Assembly: GCA_013115125.1 (NCBI GenBank) | Contig: JABANN010000374.1 | Span: 1 to 34,421 of the forward strand | DNA length: 34,421 nt | Origin: Perkinsus olseni | Lineage: Eukaryota | Reading direction: 5' to 3' | Part shown: positions 1 through 11,566 of the stretch, one piece after another | Numbering within the stretch: position 1 is the stretch's first letter | Layout: each line of letters begins with the position of its first letter | Made by a program: the position numbers and the translations under genes | Notes under the pieces: model-generated | Seen by the model: only the letters and a program-made list of their open reading frames with translations | The model's database searches: none | Told to the model about the DNA's origin: nothing

Positions 1-72
<72 letters not shown>
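1..72. repeat. (TAG)n trinucleotide microsatellite, at least 24 perfect units, truncated by the window start
   Basis: Perfect TAG repeat from base 1 to 72. It lies just upstream of a PP2A-A exon whose N-terminus is missing, so it is probably intronic. Confidence 0.97.
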
Positions 73-111
73 CGGATTGAGCAGGTTGGCCGCCCAAGGC
101 TTTTGTGTCAG

Positions 112-3100
112 GATCACATCGCCTGTGCATTGGGTCCGGTTCGGACTCGGGAAGAGCTCCTGCCCTTCCTCACTGAGCTGGTAGTCTAGCCGCTTCTGTC
201 TAACCTTGCTCATAGACGAGTCCTTCAGGCGATGGTGGACGATGTTGCTTCTGACACTGTGGACGAGACCCGAGTATTGACGGCTATGGCACGGGTAAGG
301 CCCAGCATTCCGCTCCACTGTGGTGTTCCATTGTATTTGCTATCTTCTTTGTAAAGGTACTAAACGCGGACTTTATGCAGTGGATTGGAGGTCCACAATA
401 CGGCCAGTGTCTACTAAGGCCTCTGGAGGAGCTAGCGAACTCTGATGACGAGCCTAGGCGTGAGGAGGCTGTCAAGAGTCTCATCACCATCGCCAAGGTA
501 GTACCTCAGCTATCATTCATGCCTGTCCCAGACATCGTTCAGGCCCTCCCGCTCAGTACGCTGGAGGCCTACTACATTCCCATGCTGCGCAACATGGCAG
601 CCTCGGATTGGTTTTGTCAGCGAGCTGTGGCTGTCGCTCTTCTTCCGGCGGTTGTTTCTCGTAGGGAGTTTAACTTGGAGTCACATTGCTGATAGATTTT
701 CTGCGATCAGGTCTGTGTGCTCGGAAGAAAGGCTCTGGCGGAGGTAGGGCGGTGGCAATCTTGTTAGCGATCGTTCAACTATCATACATTCTTGGTTGGT
801 ACAGATCCCCCACTCGCAGTGGAGCTGGTAAATACGATCTTCTCGGCGCTGGGCGCCGACGATTCGCCCATGGTCCGGAGGGCAGTTTTTCAAGTACTTG
901 TCGGGCCCCCTTTTCGCCTATCGAGAATGTGCTGCCTTTCGGCGTATCAGCGTCGCAACTGTGTACCACGGGCTTCATTGTCTGATCGTAGTATCCTGCA
1001 GGTACTTGGTGATATCGCGGCGGCAGTATTCCCTGTGAATGACTCTGTGAAGGCAAAGCTCCTCGAGGTATTATTCGCGTCCTTTCGTCTCATCATGCTC
1101 GCCAAAGCTGTTTATCTTCCGGATACGACTGTCCAGTGAATTCACCTTAATCCCACCATGTGGTTCGTCTTGGTCAATGATGTATCTTTCTCTCTCTCTG
1201 ATACCGCTCCTACGACATCTTAGCGAATCGCGCCAATGAGCGCCCTGAACGGTTCCTTCCGACGGTGCTACTCCCGTTCGGGACGGGCCTCACACTCAGG
1301 ATGGCCTGCCAGATTGTGGTTCCGCTCAGTTATTCAAGTCCCTGGCCAGAGACGAGCAGGAGTCTGTGCGGATTCTCACCGTGCCCGTGTGCATACAACT
1401 TGCCAAGTGCCTCTCCTCGCAGCCTTACGAGATAGTGAGTCTTGGCTTTGCTGATAGGGTGTCGTCAGAGTAGCCGACAGGTGAAGGATTTGTTGCCTTC
1501 TATACACTCTTGCGGGGAGGATCAACATTCGTGGAGGGTGCGCTACATGGTGGCGGACAAGATTGAAGATGTTCTCGAAGCCGTTCCCGAGAAGGTTCGC
1601 ATCCAGGTAAGGACATCTTCACGCGTTTGTCCACGTGTTCCTTTTCTTGGCGAACGTCAGATCTTCCCGCTATTCATGCGCCTTCTGTCTGACCCGGAGC
1701 CGGAGGTCCGCTGTGTGTCGTGTGACCGTCTATCACTGGTGGTTAAGTACAAGGCCGACCAGGAGATGATGGAGGACCTCACGGCACCCGTAAGAAAGCC
1801 ATTTCATAGAGCTTCCCTGGTTATTCTGGCTGCAACGGTGGTTGATTGAGGCTAGACCCGAACGGATGCACCATTGCCGACCTTGGTGCTCATATCTTGG
1901 ACTGCCTCCCCGGTGTATGATCTTCATCTTCATTCTTGTTTCAGTTCGCCAAGCTGTTGCATGATCCCTCGGATGTTGTGCGGTCAAGCTTCGGAGCATC
2001 TCTCATGAAAGTCGCAGCTGTTGTAGGACAGGACCTCACGGTAGAGTACCTCACAAAACACGTAAGATGTGTGTGGTGTGGTACGACTTCCTATTTTGTC
2101 TATGTCCAGATTCTGGCGGTCATGAGGGACCAAAGCACGAATGTTCGACTTGCTGTGGTCGAGAACCTCGGCGAGCTGAACACAGTGCGTGATGGGCTTG
2201 CTGTCAGCTGGCCCTCAGCACTTGCATACTCCTTTTCAGGTTGTGTCACTGGACCATATTTCGAAGAGCCTCCTCCCGACCATCATCGATCTGGCTTCCG
2301 ACAGGCAGTGGAGGGTGAGCTTGGGGCATTCGTCGGGGTAGTTGACTCGATCCTGCTGCTCTCGCGGGAATTTGTCATCTGCACGCTGCGGCCTTGGATA
2401 CGCGGCGAGGTTTTCTCCTGGCTATAGGGTCCCTTTTCGTGTATCGGAAAGATATGCTGAGTTATTCGCCCTTCCCGGGCCATGATCAGGTTCGAATGGC
2501 GATCCTCGAGCAAACACCGAAGCTTGCCACTATTCTCAGTCCCAAAACTTTTACCACAGAATTGCTCGCCACGGTTATGCGCTGGTAGGCTCTCGGCTGG
2601 AGGATACAATCTTCATCACCTGTTCGGGCCAGGCTGTGCGATCCAGTGTATTCGGTCCGCGTTGCGGCGACAGAGAATCTTGCCAACTTGAGTGTTGCTA
2701 TGGGGACGTCGTGGGCTATAGACAATATTATACCTCATCTGCAGGAGCTGTCCAAAAACTCTAATTATCTATACCGGTGAGCTCTGCCCCTCGATGACTC
2801 TTCCGCCAGTTCTGTTCTCAGGATGACAGCTTTGATGGGTGTGGTTTCTATGGCTAACGTCCTTGACGAGAAGGCCTGCGCGGAATACCTCATGCCGCTG
2901 CCAAGGTATATGCTCGTCCTACGTATTTAAGCTCTCCCGCCTCTGATCGACTGACGAATCAGACAGCGTGTGGACTTTCTACAAGCGCGCCTAGACCAGT
3001 TCGGAGCGACTATTGTCCGATATCACCCCAGCATGGGGCTCTCAACTGATCGGATCTCGATATTCTCTGCTGGGTGTCCAGAGATGTGACCACCATCGCT

Positions 3101-3416
3101 TCCATTGCCTTCAGGTCCCTCGTTCAGGATTCTGTAGCCAATGTGCGCTTCAACGTAGCGAAGACTCTGAAGGTGCGTGCTAACTGAATGGTTGGGTTTG
3201 TCACGAGTCTTCTTTTCAGAGCATCAGCTCTCGTGTATCTCGCAGAACTCTCCAACACGAGATCATCCCCATACTACAGAAACTCGCGCAGCGGGACTCA
3301 GACCAAGATGTAAGGGCCCGTTCTCCCTGTGTCTTTGTGTGCGCTCTGTCCCCACCGCCTATAGCTCTAGGGCTCATACAGTATATCGAACAACAAGTAT
3401 ATCGAATGATGACTAA
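112..3416 (+). CDS. PPP2R1A: Serine/threonine protein phosphatase 2A scaffold subunit A (PR65, HEAT repeats). Multi-exon, 5' end outside the window, last exon uncertain.
   Basis: Spliced exons give DHIACALGPVRTREELLPFLTEL, LLRPLEELANSDDEPRREEAVKSL, ASDWFCQRAVAVALL, LGADDSPMVRRA, DQHSWRVRYMVA, LLSDPEPEVR, DQSTNVRLAVV, LLPTIIDLASDRQWR-VRMAILE, LCDPVYSVRVAATENL, NSNYLYR-MTAL and DSVANVRFNVAKTL. These match PR65 HEAT repeats in the correct order. Confidence 0.93.
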
Positions 3417-3653
3417 TTTTGTGCGTGTCTGATGGTCGCTGCATGGCAGCCCATGAAGACCAACCAAATCATCCTTTCATATGACTGACGCTCTATCGGT
3501 GCTCTCCGCTCGATTGTGTACTGGTGGACTCCGCAGGTCCGATTTTTTTCTGGACACGCTTTGGAAGACTTACGGAATACCAAGACAGGCTGATGAAAAG
3601 ACTGACGAACTACAACCACGTCAATCCGTATTTGTTGATGTTTCACTGTACAT

Positions 3654-3987
3654 TTAGCTGCACGCCGAAGGCATCACTGAGTGGTATATTTCGCGAGACG
3701 GGCGTAGTGTTGGGCAGTATACGTTGGAGCCTCTGAAGAATCAAACAGCTATCCTCAGGACGGAGTCCTTACAAACCGGTATAGGATATGGGCCTTTCGT
3801 GAAAGGGTAACCGTGCTGGTGGCGCTTCCTTCTCGCGATATCGACGATAGCCCCCCGAGGTGTGCTTCCCCTTTACAGCATTGGCGGTTTCAGTTTGATG
3901 CATGCTTGTACTTGGTAACGCAAGAAAGACTTCTGACAGCAAACACCAGACAGCTATGATGGCCGGAACACTGAGGCACCCAACCAT
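3654..3987 (-). CDS. Possible small secreted hypothetical protein
   Basis: The ORF 3769-3987 starts with a hydrophobic signal-like segment (MVGCLSVPAIIAVWCLLSEVFLA). A plausible GT-AG intron extends it to a TAA at 3654-3656. No homology recognised. Confidence 0.3.
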
Positions 3988-4013
3988 TCATCAAAGAGAA
4001 AACGTCGCAAGCG

Positions 4014-5666
4014 TCACGCCCAGACTGTATCCCAACGCGCCAAATTTTGCTTAGAGTAAAGCTTGAAGACTCCTGCCGGTGTATGGGCGCGCACGTACTC
4101 TATCATTCGCGTTTCCGATGGACGCAGTACCACAACCTTTCCTTCTCTTCCGGCAGGTCCGGTCCGGTAGGCCGCGACAACCAGCACGTATAATAGGGGA
4201 TAATAGGCGATTGTGTCAAAGTCTCGCGCGAGTAAACTGCCTCCGAGACGTGTGACTGTCCTGTTCTCAAACTCTAGTCGCAGGTCATCTGTGCCCACAA
4301 CACCTGTATAATTGCCGGACACTGCTTGTTCATCATCCGACACAGTCCCTCTCATGTGGTTGAAACCTTTGTGTGCAACAAGATGTCCCCTCCTGCATAA
4401 GCGGTTGAGGTCTTTAGTGATTGGATGGTTCATACTTAGAATCCGATTCTTCAGTGGCTTCTCCATCTGCCCTTCTGAGACGGGATACTTCCACTCGTGG
4501 AGGCCGAAGAAGCAACGAAGGTGAGGGGAGGTGTCGACGAATGCCTCGTAGTAGTGTGTCACGCCTTTGTGATCTATGCGGTGAATAGTAGCTCGCGTTG
4601 GGGGCTTAGTATACGCCAATTCATTGTAGTAGGGCCATCGCACGACTGTAAGGTCGTCGACAAGAACTCTATCAGTGACATGGCGATATCCTTCATCTCC
4701 TTGAAGGGGCCTGATAGGCACAATGAAATACTCCGTCTGCCGATCCCCCCCCATACCGAAGAGCCATTCACGGCCACGGTAGGGAGAGAGACCTTCCGAA
4801 ACGAGGCCTTGAGAATCGAACTCTGGGGGCTGCATTCCTCGCGGTGGCAGCCGACCAGTTGGCAAGATTGGTCGTTCATCAGCCATGATGGCCATTCCTG
4901 CACCGATATCATCCCATAATTTAATGGTGTACATATCGTGAAATGTATTCTCCCTGTTGGCGATACGCTCGCCATCAAATTCCATGAGTACTAGGAAGTG
5001 TGCTTCTCCACCTATAGTGTAGGCCACCGCCAGAAGTGCTCCTAAGTCGCGTCCCACGGCGTAGTACCGAACGTGATCCACCTTATCGCCCTCGAGTGAC
5101 GCGGAGGCAACTTTGCTCATTTCGTCGAAGATCAGGGTCAACGACAAGGATCCTTGCCGACCTAGATAAGCTGATCCAGGTTTAGGAAGCTGCTGAGGCC
5201 TCTGCTGTAGTATATAAAATTTGTCAATTCCCCCAATCTCATCCAGGGTCTTGGCCCGCCAGGTTGGTTCGGACTCGGCCTGTCGAGGCCACAACCGCCC
5301 TTGGTCATCAAAGGTGTAGTTCACCCGAGCCACGTGTTCAAATTTACTCTTAGCACGGTGCTCGAGCTCTACCTCGTAGTAGGTTGTCTCACCGGCTTCA
5401 CATTTGAAGACACCAGCTTCTGTAACAGGTGTAATAAAGAGGTGAGAATGCGTATACTGAAACTCTAGTGGCGCGAATTTCACTCCGCCTACGATCGACC
5501 AGTCAATGGGCTCCGGTTTGATCTCAACCGCCCCACGCCAGGGTAATAGGAAGTATTTGCCCCCGTTCCCATTGGCGAAGAGGACCTCTGGTCGATACAG
5601 TGAGGTCATATTCCAACCTGGAAGGGACGGGTGAAGTGTAAATCTTGTGGAATTGCCGTAAGACAT
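4014..5666 (-). CDS. Hypothetical 550-aa beta-rich protein with an internal two-fold repeat; may have additional 5' exon(s)
   Basis: Uninterrupted 1653-nt ORF with protein-like composition. An acceptor-like ctag lies just upstream of the ATG, and the two halves share motifs. Confidence 0.8.
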   Translation of the reverse strand: MSYGNSTRFTLHPSLPGWNMTSLYRPEVLFANGNGGKYFLLPWRGAVEIKPEPIDWSIVGGVKFAPLEFQYTHSHLFITPVTEAGVFKCEAGETTYYEVELEHRAKSKFEHVARVNYTFDDQGRLWPRQAESEPTWRAKTLDEIGGIDKFYILQQRPQQLPKPGSAYLGRQGSLSLTLIFDEMSKVASASLEGDKVDHVRYYAVGRDLGALLAVAYTIGGEAHFLVLMEFDGERIANRENTFHDMYTIKLWDDIGAGMAIMADERPILPTGRLPPRGMQPPEFDSQGLVSEGLSPYRGREWLFGMGGDRQTEYFIVPIRPLQGDEGYRHVTDRVLVDDLTVVRWPYYNELAYTKPPTRATIHRIDHKGVTHYYEAFVDTSPHLRCFFGLHEWKYPVSEGQMEKPLKNRILSMNHPITKDLNRLCRRGHLVAHKGFNHMRGTVSDDEQAVSGNYTGVVGTDDLRLEFENRTVTRLGGSLLARDFDTIAYYPLLYVLVVAAYRTGPAGREGKVVVLRPSETRMIEYVRAHTPAGVFKLYSKQNLARWDTVWA

Positions 5667-6459
5667 ATCAATGAAACCTAGCGGTGGTGAAAAACCTTGC
5701 TAGAGTAGGACACGAGGCGGCACATAGCTAATCAACGGTGGCAAAACGGCTCCCCCTCAGTCACGAGAATAGATCCACGCGAGTGTGACTTCTTCCCCAC
5801 TGGAGATATAACTGTAGTATGGGCGCTACCACGATAGAGCCTACCGAACGCAAGATTGTCGTTCAGCGACCCTCGATTGTCCCAAGTGACGGTACTTGAA
5901 GTCCCGGCGCACTGCCGGCTGGAAATTACGCTGCTCGGGTTATCCCGGCGAGCGAAACCTACAGTGAATGATTGTGGGTTAGAGACAGATTCATGCAGTC
6001 AAGGGGCACTACGGAGATGCATTCGGGAACCGCTGATCTTCGCAATACTGACACAGGTATCAAACAAGATACGTAAGGTTACAGATCGCTACGGTTTGAC
6101 AGGCTTGATGTAATGTCCAGAGGCTGTCTGTGTGTAACAGAAATCACAACACACAATACAACTGCTCAACCCGAAGAGAGAAATGAGTGCGAAGAATTTT
6201 TGCACGGTAGCAATACTAGACAACGCAACAACATTAGATAAGATGGTCATCATCACAACTCTTCATGCGGGGTATAATCGGTGCCACCATAACCAGTGAT
6301 AGCTTAATAGCGTTACCTCACACCCTATCCAACATCAAGCGATCAGTAGGTTGGGTTGCGGACACCGATATAACCGGTAGAGCAGCCAATGGGCCGATAC
6401 ATCAAATTCAAAACAACGCAGAAGTCTTTAGCGTATCCACGCATCTTTCCTCGCACATA

Positions 6460-7293
6460 TTACTCCTCGGAAGCATTCTCATTCGAAGAAGCGACCTTGA
6501 GGAGGTTGGCAATCTGAGCGGCGGTCAAGCCTGAATGGCTAGGGCGCACGCCGGAGTGCTCAGGCAATGTGCTTACAACGGGTGCATTAGGTTGCCCAGC
6601 AACCTGGGTTGCACGTTGAGGCACAGCAGCGGCCGGTATGGCAGAGCCTGTCGGATCATAGCCCGAGTAGCCACTATCAGCCGCGGGCTCAGGCAGACTG
6701 TAAGGCATCATATTAACACGTAGATCACCCATGGGAGGCATTAGCTGCGCCATGGCTTCCGGTAGGAACCCCAGGGGCGGTGGATAACCCATCATCGGAT
6801 CTGAAGAGGACGATTTGAGGTGAGTAAGGCTAAGCACATCACGTACCTTGAGAAGCCATCATGGCTGCCATGTGTTCCGGCGGGAAGGGGGCGGCGTGTG
6901 TTGGAGGGTACGCCTTGCGGTATCCAGGAGGTGGAGGAGGCCTCTGTCGCAGCTCCTCAGGACTGTGGGCATAGAAGCACTTGGAGCCGTACCTGAGGAA
7001 AGAATGAAAGATCGCCAGAACCAGTCGAGCTCGCCTCACTTGCAATGAACGCCATAACGGCAGAACCTGGTCTTCAGCAGTCTCTTAACAACGTCGCTCA
7101 TCTGCGGTTGGTCGCCGCGAACATCTTCGCCTCCAACGCTCACCATCGGCGCCCTCGAAGGAGCACCTACATCTGGCACACGACCAGCACTGGGATCATA
7201 GGCTGGGGGAAGAGCGAAGACTTCTTCCTTGTCGAAGTGGGGATCTTCGGATTCACACACGTTTAGCGGAGTGGCGGTCGTAGCTGTATCCAT
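6460..7293 (-). CDS. CCCH zinc-finger RNA-binding protein (TTP/ZFP36-like finger) with a Pro/Met-rich tail, 3 exons
   Basis: Splicing gives LLKTRFCRYGVHCK|YGSKCFYAHSPEELR, with the typical KTxxC lead-in and AHxxxELR tail. GT-AG introns lie near 6990-7040 and 6800-6845. Confidence 0.85.
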
Positions 7294-7593
7294 TGTCAAC
7301 AGCGATGCACGGGAACAACGTCAACTGAGAGAATCGGTGCGACCGGCGGCAGTAATAGTCGATTGAGATCTGCACAAAGAAGAAGTCGATGCATTCGAGG
7401 ATCCTTATCGCGAGAGAGGTAAATGGCAAGCAGGATAGGTCTTGCGAGGATAAAACACGACTTATGAAAGAAGTTTGCGGCGAAACCACCGAAAGATCCT
7501 TCTTCACGATGCGATGAGCGTTTCTGCGCACTTGAAAGGAATCGATTGGAATGGCGCGCGTAATTTACGGCGCGAGACGGGTGAGCAGAAATC
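7294..7593. promoter_or_regulatory. Divergent intergenic region between the CCCH gene and the EMG1-like gene
   Basis: Head-to-head ATGs at 7293 (-) and 7594 (+), 300 nt apart. Positional inference only. Confidence 0.35.
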
Positions 7594-8319
7594 ATGCCGA
7601 TGCTGCGCTTCGTCCTGCTTGGTGCCTTCTTGCCTTGCCGAGATGTGTCTCGTAATGGCCGCCGCAAGCGCCGCACTAGCGGTCCTGTCCTCACGGCCAG
7701 CGAAGCTGCGCGAATGAGCGATTACCGACTGGCCTCTCCTGCCGACGGGGACTCGAATTGGATTGGTGAAAATTTCGAAGTTCCCATGGATGCAGCAAGG
7801 CCCGACATTCTTCACCAAACTCTGATGCAAATACTGGACTCGGAAGCTAACAAGTTTGGGTGCGTTTATGATATTATCGTAGCCCTTGATTCACTCCAAA
7901 CCGGGAGGGCTCTTTGTATCACCAGCGACTTTGTCGTTCCGCGCACTTACAGCAAGTTCAGCCGATGCATAGCAGCAGCTGTTCAGGGGCAGTTGCAGGT
8001 TGCTGGCATACATTTGGTAGAGAAGCAACGCCCGGCAGGGGAGAGAGACTACGTCATGGGCCTCACAGTGGGTGGTCGGTATCTGAACACCGTCGACCTA
8101 TCGGATACCTTGAAGTACTTGATGACGAGCGTAGATTCTGATGGGAAAATAGTAATCGCGATGGGTGTGACTTCACATACAGATCCAGTGGCCAGTGGTG
8201 AGCTCGCCAAGGTAGTATATGATTCTTCCGGCGTTGCAGTGGACTACGTCTCGGTGTCACGTATGGGGTTGACGGCTTCCTGGGCTGCCGGGAAAGTCTG
8301 TGAAGCAGCTGTTCTATGA
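7594..8319 (+). CDS. EMG1: EMG1/Nep1-family SPOUT rRNA pseudouridine-N1 methyltransferase-like protein, divergent and intronless
   Basis: RPDILHQTLMQILDSEANKFG, VPRTYSKF and VSVSRMGLTASWAAGKV match the Nep1 motifs RPDIxHQxLLxLxDSPLN, IPRTFxRF and SISxYPLSAxxxCxK. Confidence 0.78.
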   Translation: MPMLRFVLLGAFLPCRDVSRNGRRKRRTSGPVLTASEAARMSDYRLASPADGDSNWIGENFEVPMDAARPDILHQTLMQILDSEANKFGCVYDIIVALDSLQTGRALCITSDFVVPRTYSKFSRCIAAAVQGQLQVAGIHLVEKQRPAGERDYVMGLTVGGRYLNTVDLSDTLKYLMTSVDSDGKIVIAMGVTSHTDPVASGELAKVVYDSSGVAVDYVSVSRMGLTASWAAGKVCEAAVL

Positions 8320-8538
8320 AACTAGCCAAGTTGATCAATCTGCATGTCGCGTGTCAATGTGTTTGGCATCTGTGCGTTTCACAGCTTCCGTTGGGTTGTG
8401 TTGGTCATCCATGTGTGAGGGGCAGGTCACCGTGTTGGGCACGGTGAATGCTTTGCGAACTCTAAGTTGGCGGATCCACAGGTCTGAGGTGCCCGCTGAT
8501 TCTGACACCTCTAGCTATTCTTTTCAACGCTCTTGTTG

Positions 8539-9810
8539 ATGCTAACCTATGCTCCTCGTTTGTTAGCTACGAGGCTGAGCCCCCTCGGTCCGTCCGGGGT
8601 CAGATACTTCAGAATACTCGCTGCAACCAAAGATATGCAGGCAACACCACACCGGTATGAATTGCGCGGAGAAATAGGTAAGGGCGAGCAGCTCACGCCG
8701 CCGACCGTTCGGACTGCTGCGTGTGTAGATCCCGCTGACCTGGGCAAGTTCATATCCCCACTTTTGGCCTCTCCAGGAGACCACATCGTGCTGATGGCTG
8801 TAATGGATGGGCAGTTGAGTGGGAGTCTGAGATCAGCTTTTATCCTTAGTCCCGAGCTCGCCACATAGCCGCAGTTTTAGAAGCTTCGCTCCGCTGTAAG
8901 AAAGTAGAGATGGTTTTCACTGGGCCGCCCGAGGGAACGGAGACAGACGGTGAAAAATACACGTGGCCGCTGGTAACGTTGATCGGCGCTTACGGTAGAT
9001 TCCAAACGGCCCGAGACCGTGTGGGCGTCACTTCGTGTCCGGGGCGGGGACAAGCCTGTCGTGGACCCAACGCGAGTGACAAAACTGAGGGTATCAGCGG
9101 AGACAGCATCACCTAATCTCGGGGAGAAGATTATACATCAATTGGAGGGAGGAGATGTTGTACGGCTCGAAGGTGTTGGCGCTTTTGCCTTCCATTGTAT
9201 GATGCAACTGTTGTCTGTTGCTCAGCCATGGGCCCAGTGGCACTGGCGAGAATGGTCAACGGGATAGCAGTTGCGGCAAGAAGAGGTGAGAAGAACCAGC
9301 TGGGTGCGCAGGGTCCATCCTAGCAGAACTACGTAAAAGAGGGGTGGTTGTGTGTCGCGATCTGTCTTGGTAGCACCTTAACCGTGTCGATGGTTGGGTT
9401 GTTTTTCCGTATCGGTTATCCAGGTGCTGAGAGGAACAGCGGCACTCTGATCTCTCGGGCAAGAGGTATGCGCCAGAAGGCTCAAGGTGGGTTGGTGGCA
9501 TGAGCGTCCGCCCGCTGGCTGTCCGCTGTGCTCGCCCCTAGTCAAACTTGCCCCGCATTCCGCCCTGTGATTTGTTGGATGAGATCTACCAGCCAAGTGG
9601 CTGATGTGTCGCCTTTCTGGGCTGTTGCATCGTCAGCACCTAACCGGTGACTGCAGTCGAATCATGCCGAATTCAGGTGGGCAGTTCTGGGCGATCGAGA
9701 TGGAGGTTAGCCTCAGCAATACGGATATCAGCGAAGTTCCTCAAGAAGGTGGCCCTGTGGTTGAGGCAGAGGCAGCGAAACCGGAGATCGTTTCGTCCGA
9801 GTCTAATTGA
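8539..9810 (+). CDS. Double SpoVS-like (Alba-fold) domain protein, paralogue A, with a presequence-like N-terminus; multi-exon
   Basis: Domain 1: RYELRGEI|DPADLGKFISPLLASPGDHIVLMA|SRARHIAAVLEASLR..FTGPP. Domain 2: LRVSAETASPNLGEKIIHQLEGGDVVRLE|AMGPVALARMVNGIAVAARR. Last exon GGQFWAIEMEV...SSESN*. Domain 2 resembles SpoVS LKVSAKSxPNSVAGALAGVL..EIQAIGAGALNQAVKAVAIAR. Confidence 0.72.
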
Positions 9811-10004
9811 ACATGATTGTCAACTGAGAGTTTCTGTCATACTTCGATCGTTATTGAGTTAGTATGTTCTCTAGGGTATGGTCCCATCCTTTGTGGGGAG
9901 TGTTCGGCGAAATTTGGTACTGGAAAGCGGTCAGCTCCATCCAGGATGGCCCCGGTGGTATGAAGCCGTGACACTCGGATGATGCGCCACCTCTACAGTT
10001 TCTC

Positions 10005-11320
10005 ATGTTTTCTCTGTCTCGCCATTTTCGGCGGGGACTAGCTTCCGCCACTCGCGGCAGTCGGTGGTCGAGGGAGTTTCGACCGATGATGTATGCTACT
10101 GACAAGATGCAGCATTGCGAGAATCGCTTCACTCTATCCAAGGATACCGGTAGTACTGTGCGCGGTCGGCTTCGAGAGGTGCCCACAACGTGGCCATGGG
10201 AACGGAGGGGGCGGGGGTGGCATGGTTATGATGATTAGGACATACATTCCTTCAATAATACAGAGGCTCCACTTCGTACCGTTCGGAGTGGTACGCACGC
10301 ATCTTGCAGAATCACGATGAGTTTGTTAGGCTCGGTCGAATAGTGGCTTGCATGAAGGAGTCTGTGGTTGATAAACTAGCCCTTGGTCAGATACTCAAGA
10401 GTGTGGTCATGCTATGGCAGACTTCTTGCGGGAACCAGGCCAGATGGTGGTCCTCCAGATGGTATCCTTGAGCGCTGCTCTTCCCAACATCAATGGCTAG
10501 GTCTCTGTCAGATTGGCCCCGATGCATGTGCGAAGGCGGTACGGGCAGCAGCTTACTTGAGACAGCAGTACAAGATAGAGTTGGACTTGTACTTCACAAC
10601 TGCACCAGAAGGAGTAGTGGCATACGGTAGGGTAGTTGGAGAATCCCAGTCGAATTTGCTGCATCACAGACAAGGGTGCGGCTGAGGAGATCTGGATTGG
10701 CTTGGAAGTGGCTGAGGGACCTCCACCGTTCACGGCGTTGATAGACTTCGAGATATCGAGCAAGACGTTCCCCGATAAACTCGCATGGGCGATTGCCTCC
10801 CACCTTTTTCGCGGCGAGAGCATGCGCCTGACAGGTAGGGGAACCCGAACCGGAACTCGGATTCAGCTACCGCCATGTCTAGGTATTGGCCCTCGTAGCA
10901 TCATCAAGATGGTAACAGCAGTAGGCATTGCGGCCAAGTGGTGTAGGGGGGCCTATCACTATGCACTGTTATGTCATCCTCTTCCGTAGTTGATGACAAT
11001 GGACGAGGGGTGGTCCTATCGAGGGCTAATTCGATAAGTGTGTCTTTGCCACCCGGAAGTAGGATATAGCGATCAGTGGCTGAAGTCAAAGGGTTCCCCT
11101 TGTAGAGATGTATGAAGGCCGCAAGACGGACTTCTCCTGGGCCACGCAGATCAGTACTAGACTTGTACCGACCGAGCAGATGAAGCTGGTCCAGGAGGCC
11201 CTAGCTAGCAGCACTGAAGCAGGCTCTGATGCTCCACTCAGTGAGTTGGATGAGCTGGCCAAGACGCTAGTATTGGATTCACCCCAGCGGCATACGGAAC
11301 CTGGCGAAACGAGCGTGTGA
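10005..11320 (+). CDS. Double SpoVS-like domain protein, paralogue B, with a presequence-like N-terminus; multi-exon
   Basis: N-terminus MFSLSRHFRRGLASATRGSRW. Domain 1: RFTLSKDT|DTQECGHAMADFLREPGQMVVLQM|IGPDACAKAVRAAAYL. Domain 2: FEISSKTFPDKLAWAIASHLFRGESMRLT|GIGPRSIIKMVTAVGIAAKW. Last exon ends ...GETSV*. Confidence 0.78.
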
Positions 11321-11566
11321 AAGTTTCTGAAGAAGTCTCGTGTAGGGGTTATAGTCACCAGGTTATGCAGGGGCACGGATATAGTCCACAGTATATCAGG
11401 AAGCTGAGGCTCATCGAAGGCGACGTGGTCCCGCAGGCTCCTGAGTAGTACGCTCCTATCGGTACCAACTTTTCACTATCGAGTGGAGCGCTATATTTCC
11501 TCTCGTGGGATTCGAACCAGAGATCTCCCTGATTGCAGTGCTGTTGTTGATTGTTCAACTCTCCGA

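Noticed and set aside
1-72. TAG tract as a telomere, CRISPR array or poly-Ser/Val coding run
   Set aside because: It is a simple 3-mer with no spacers, is not a TTTAGGG-type telomeric unit, and does not join the PP2A reading frame.
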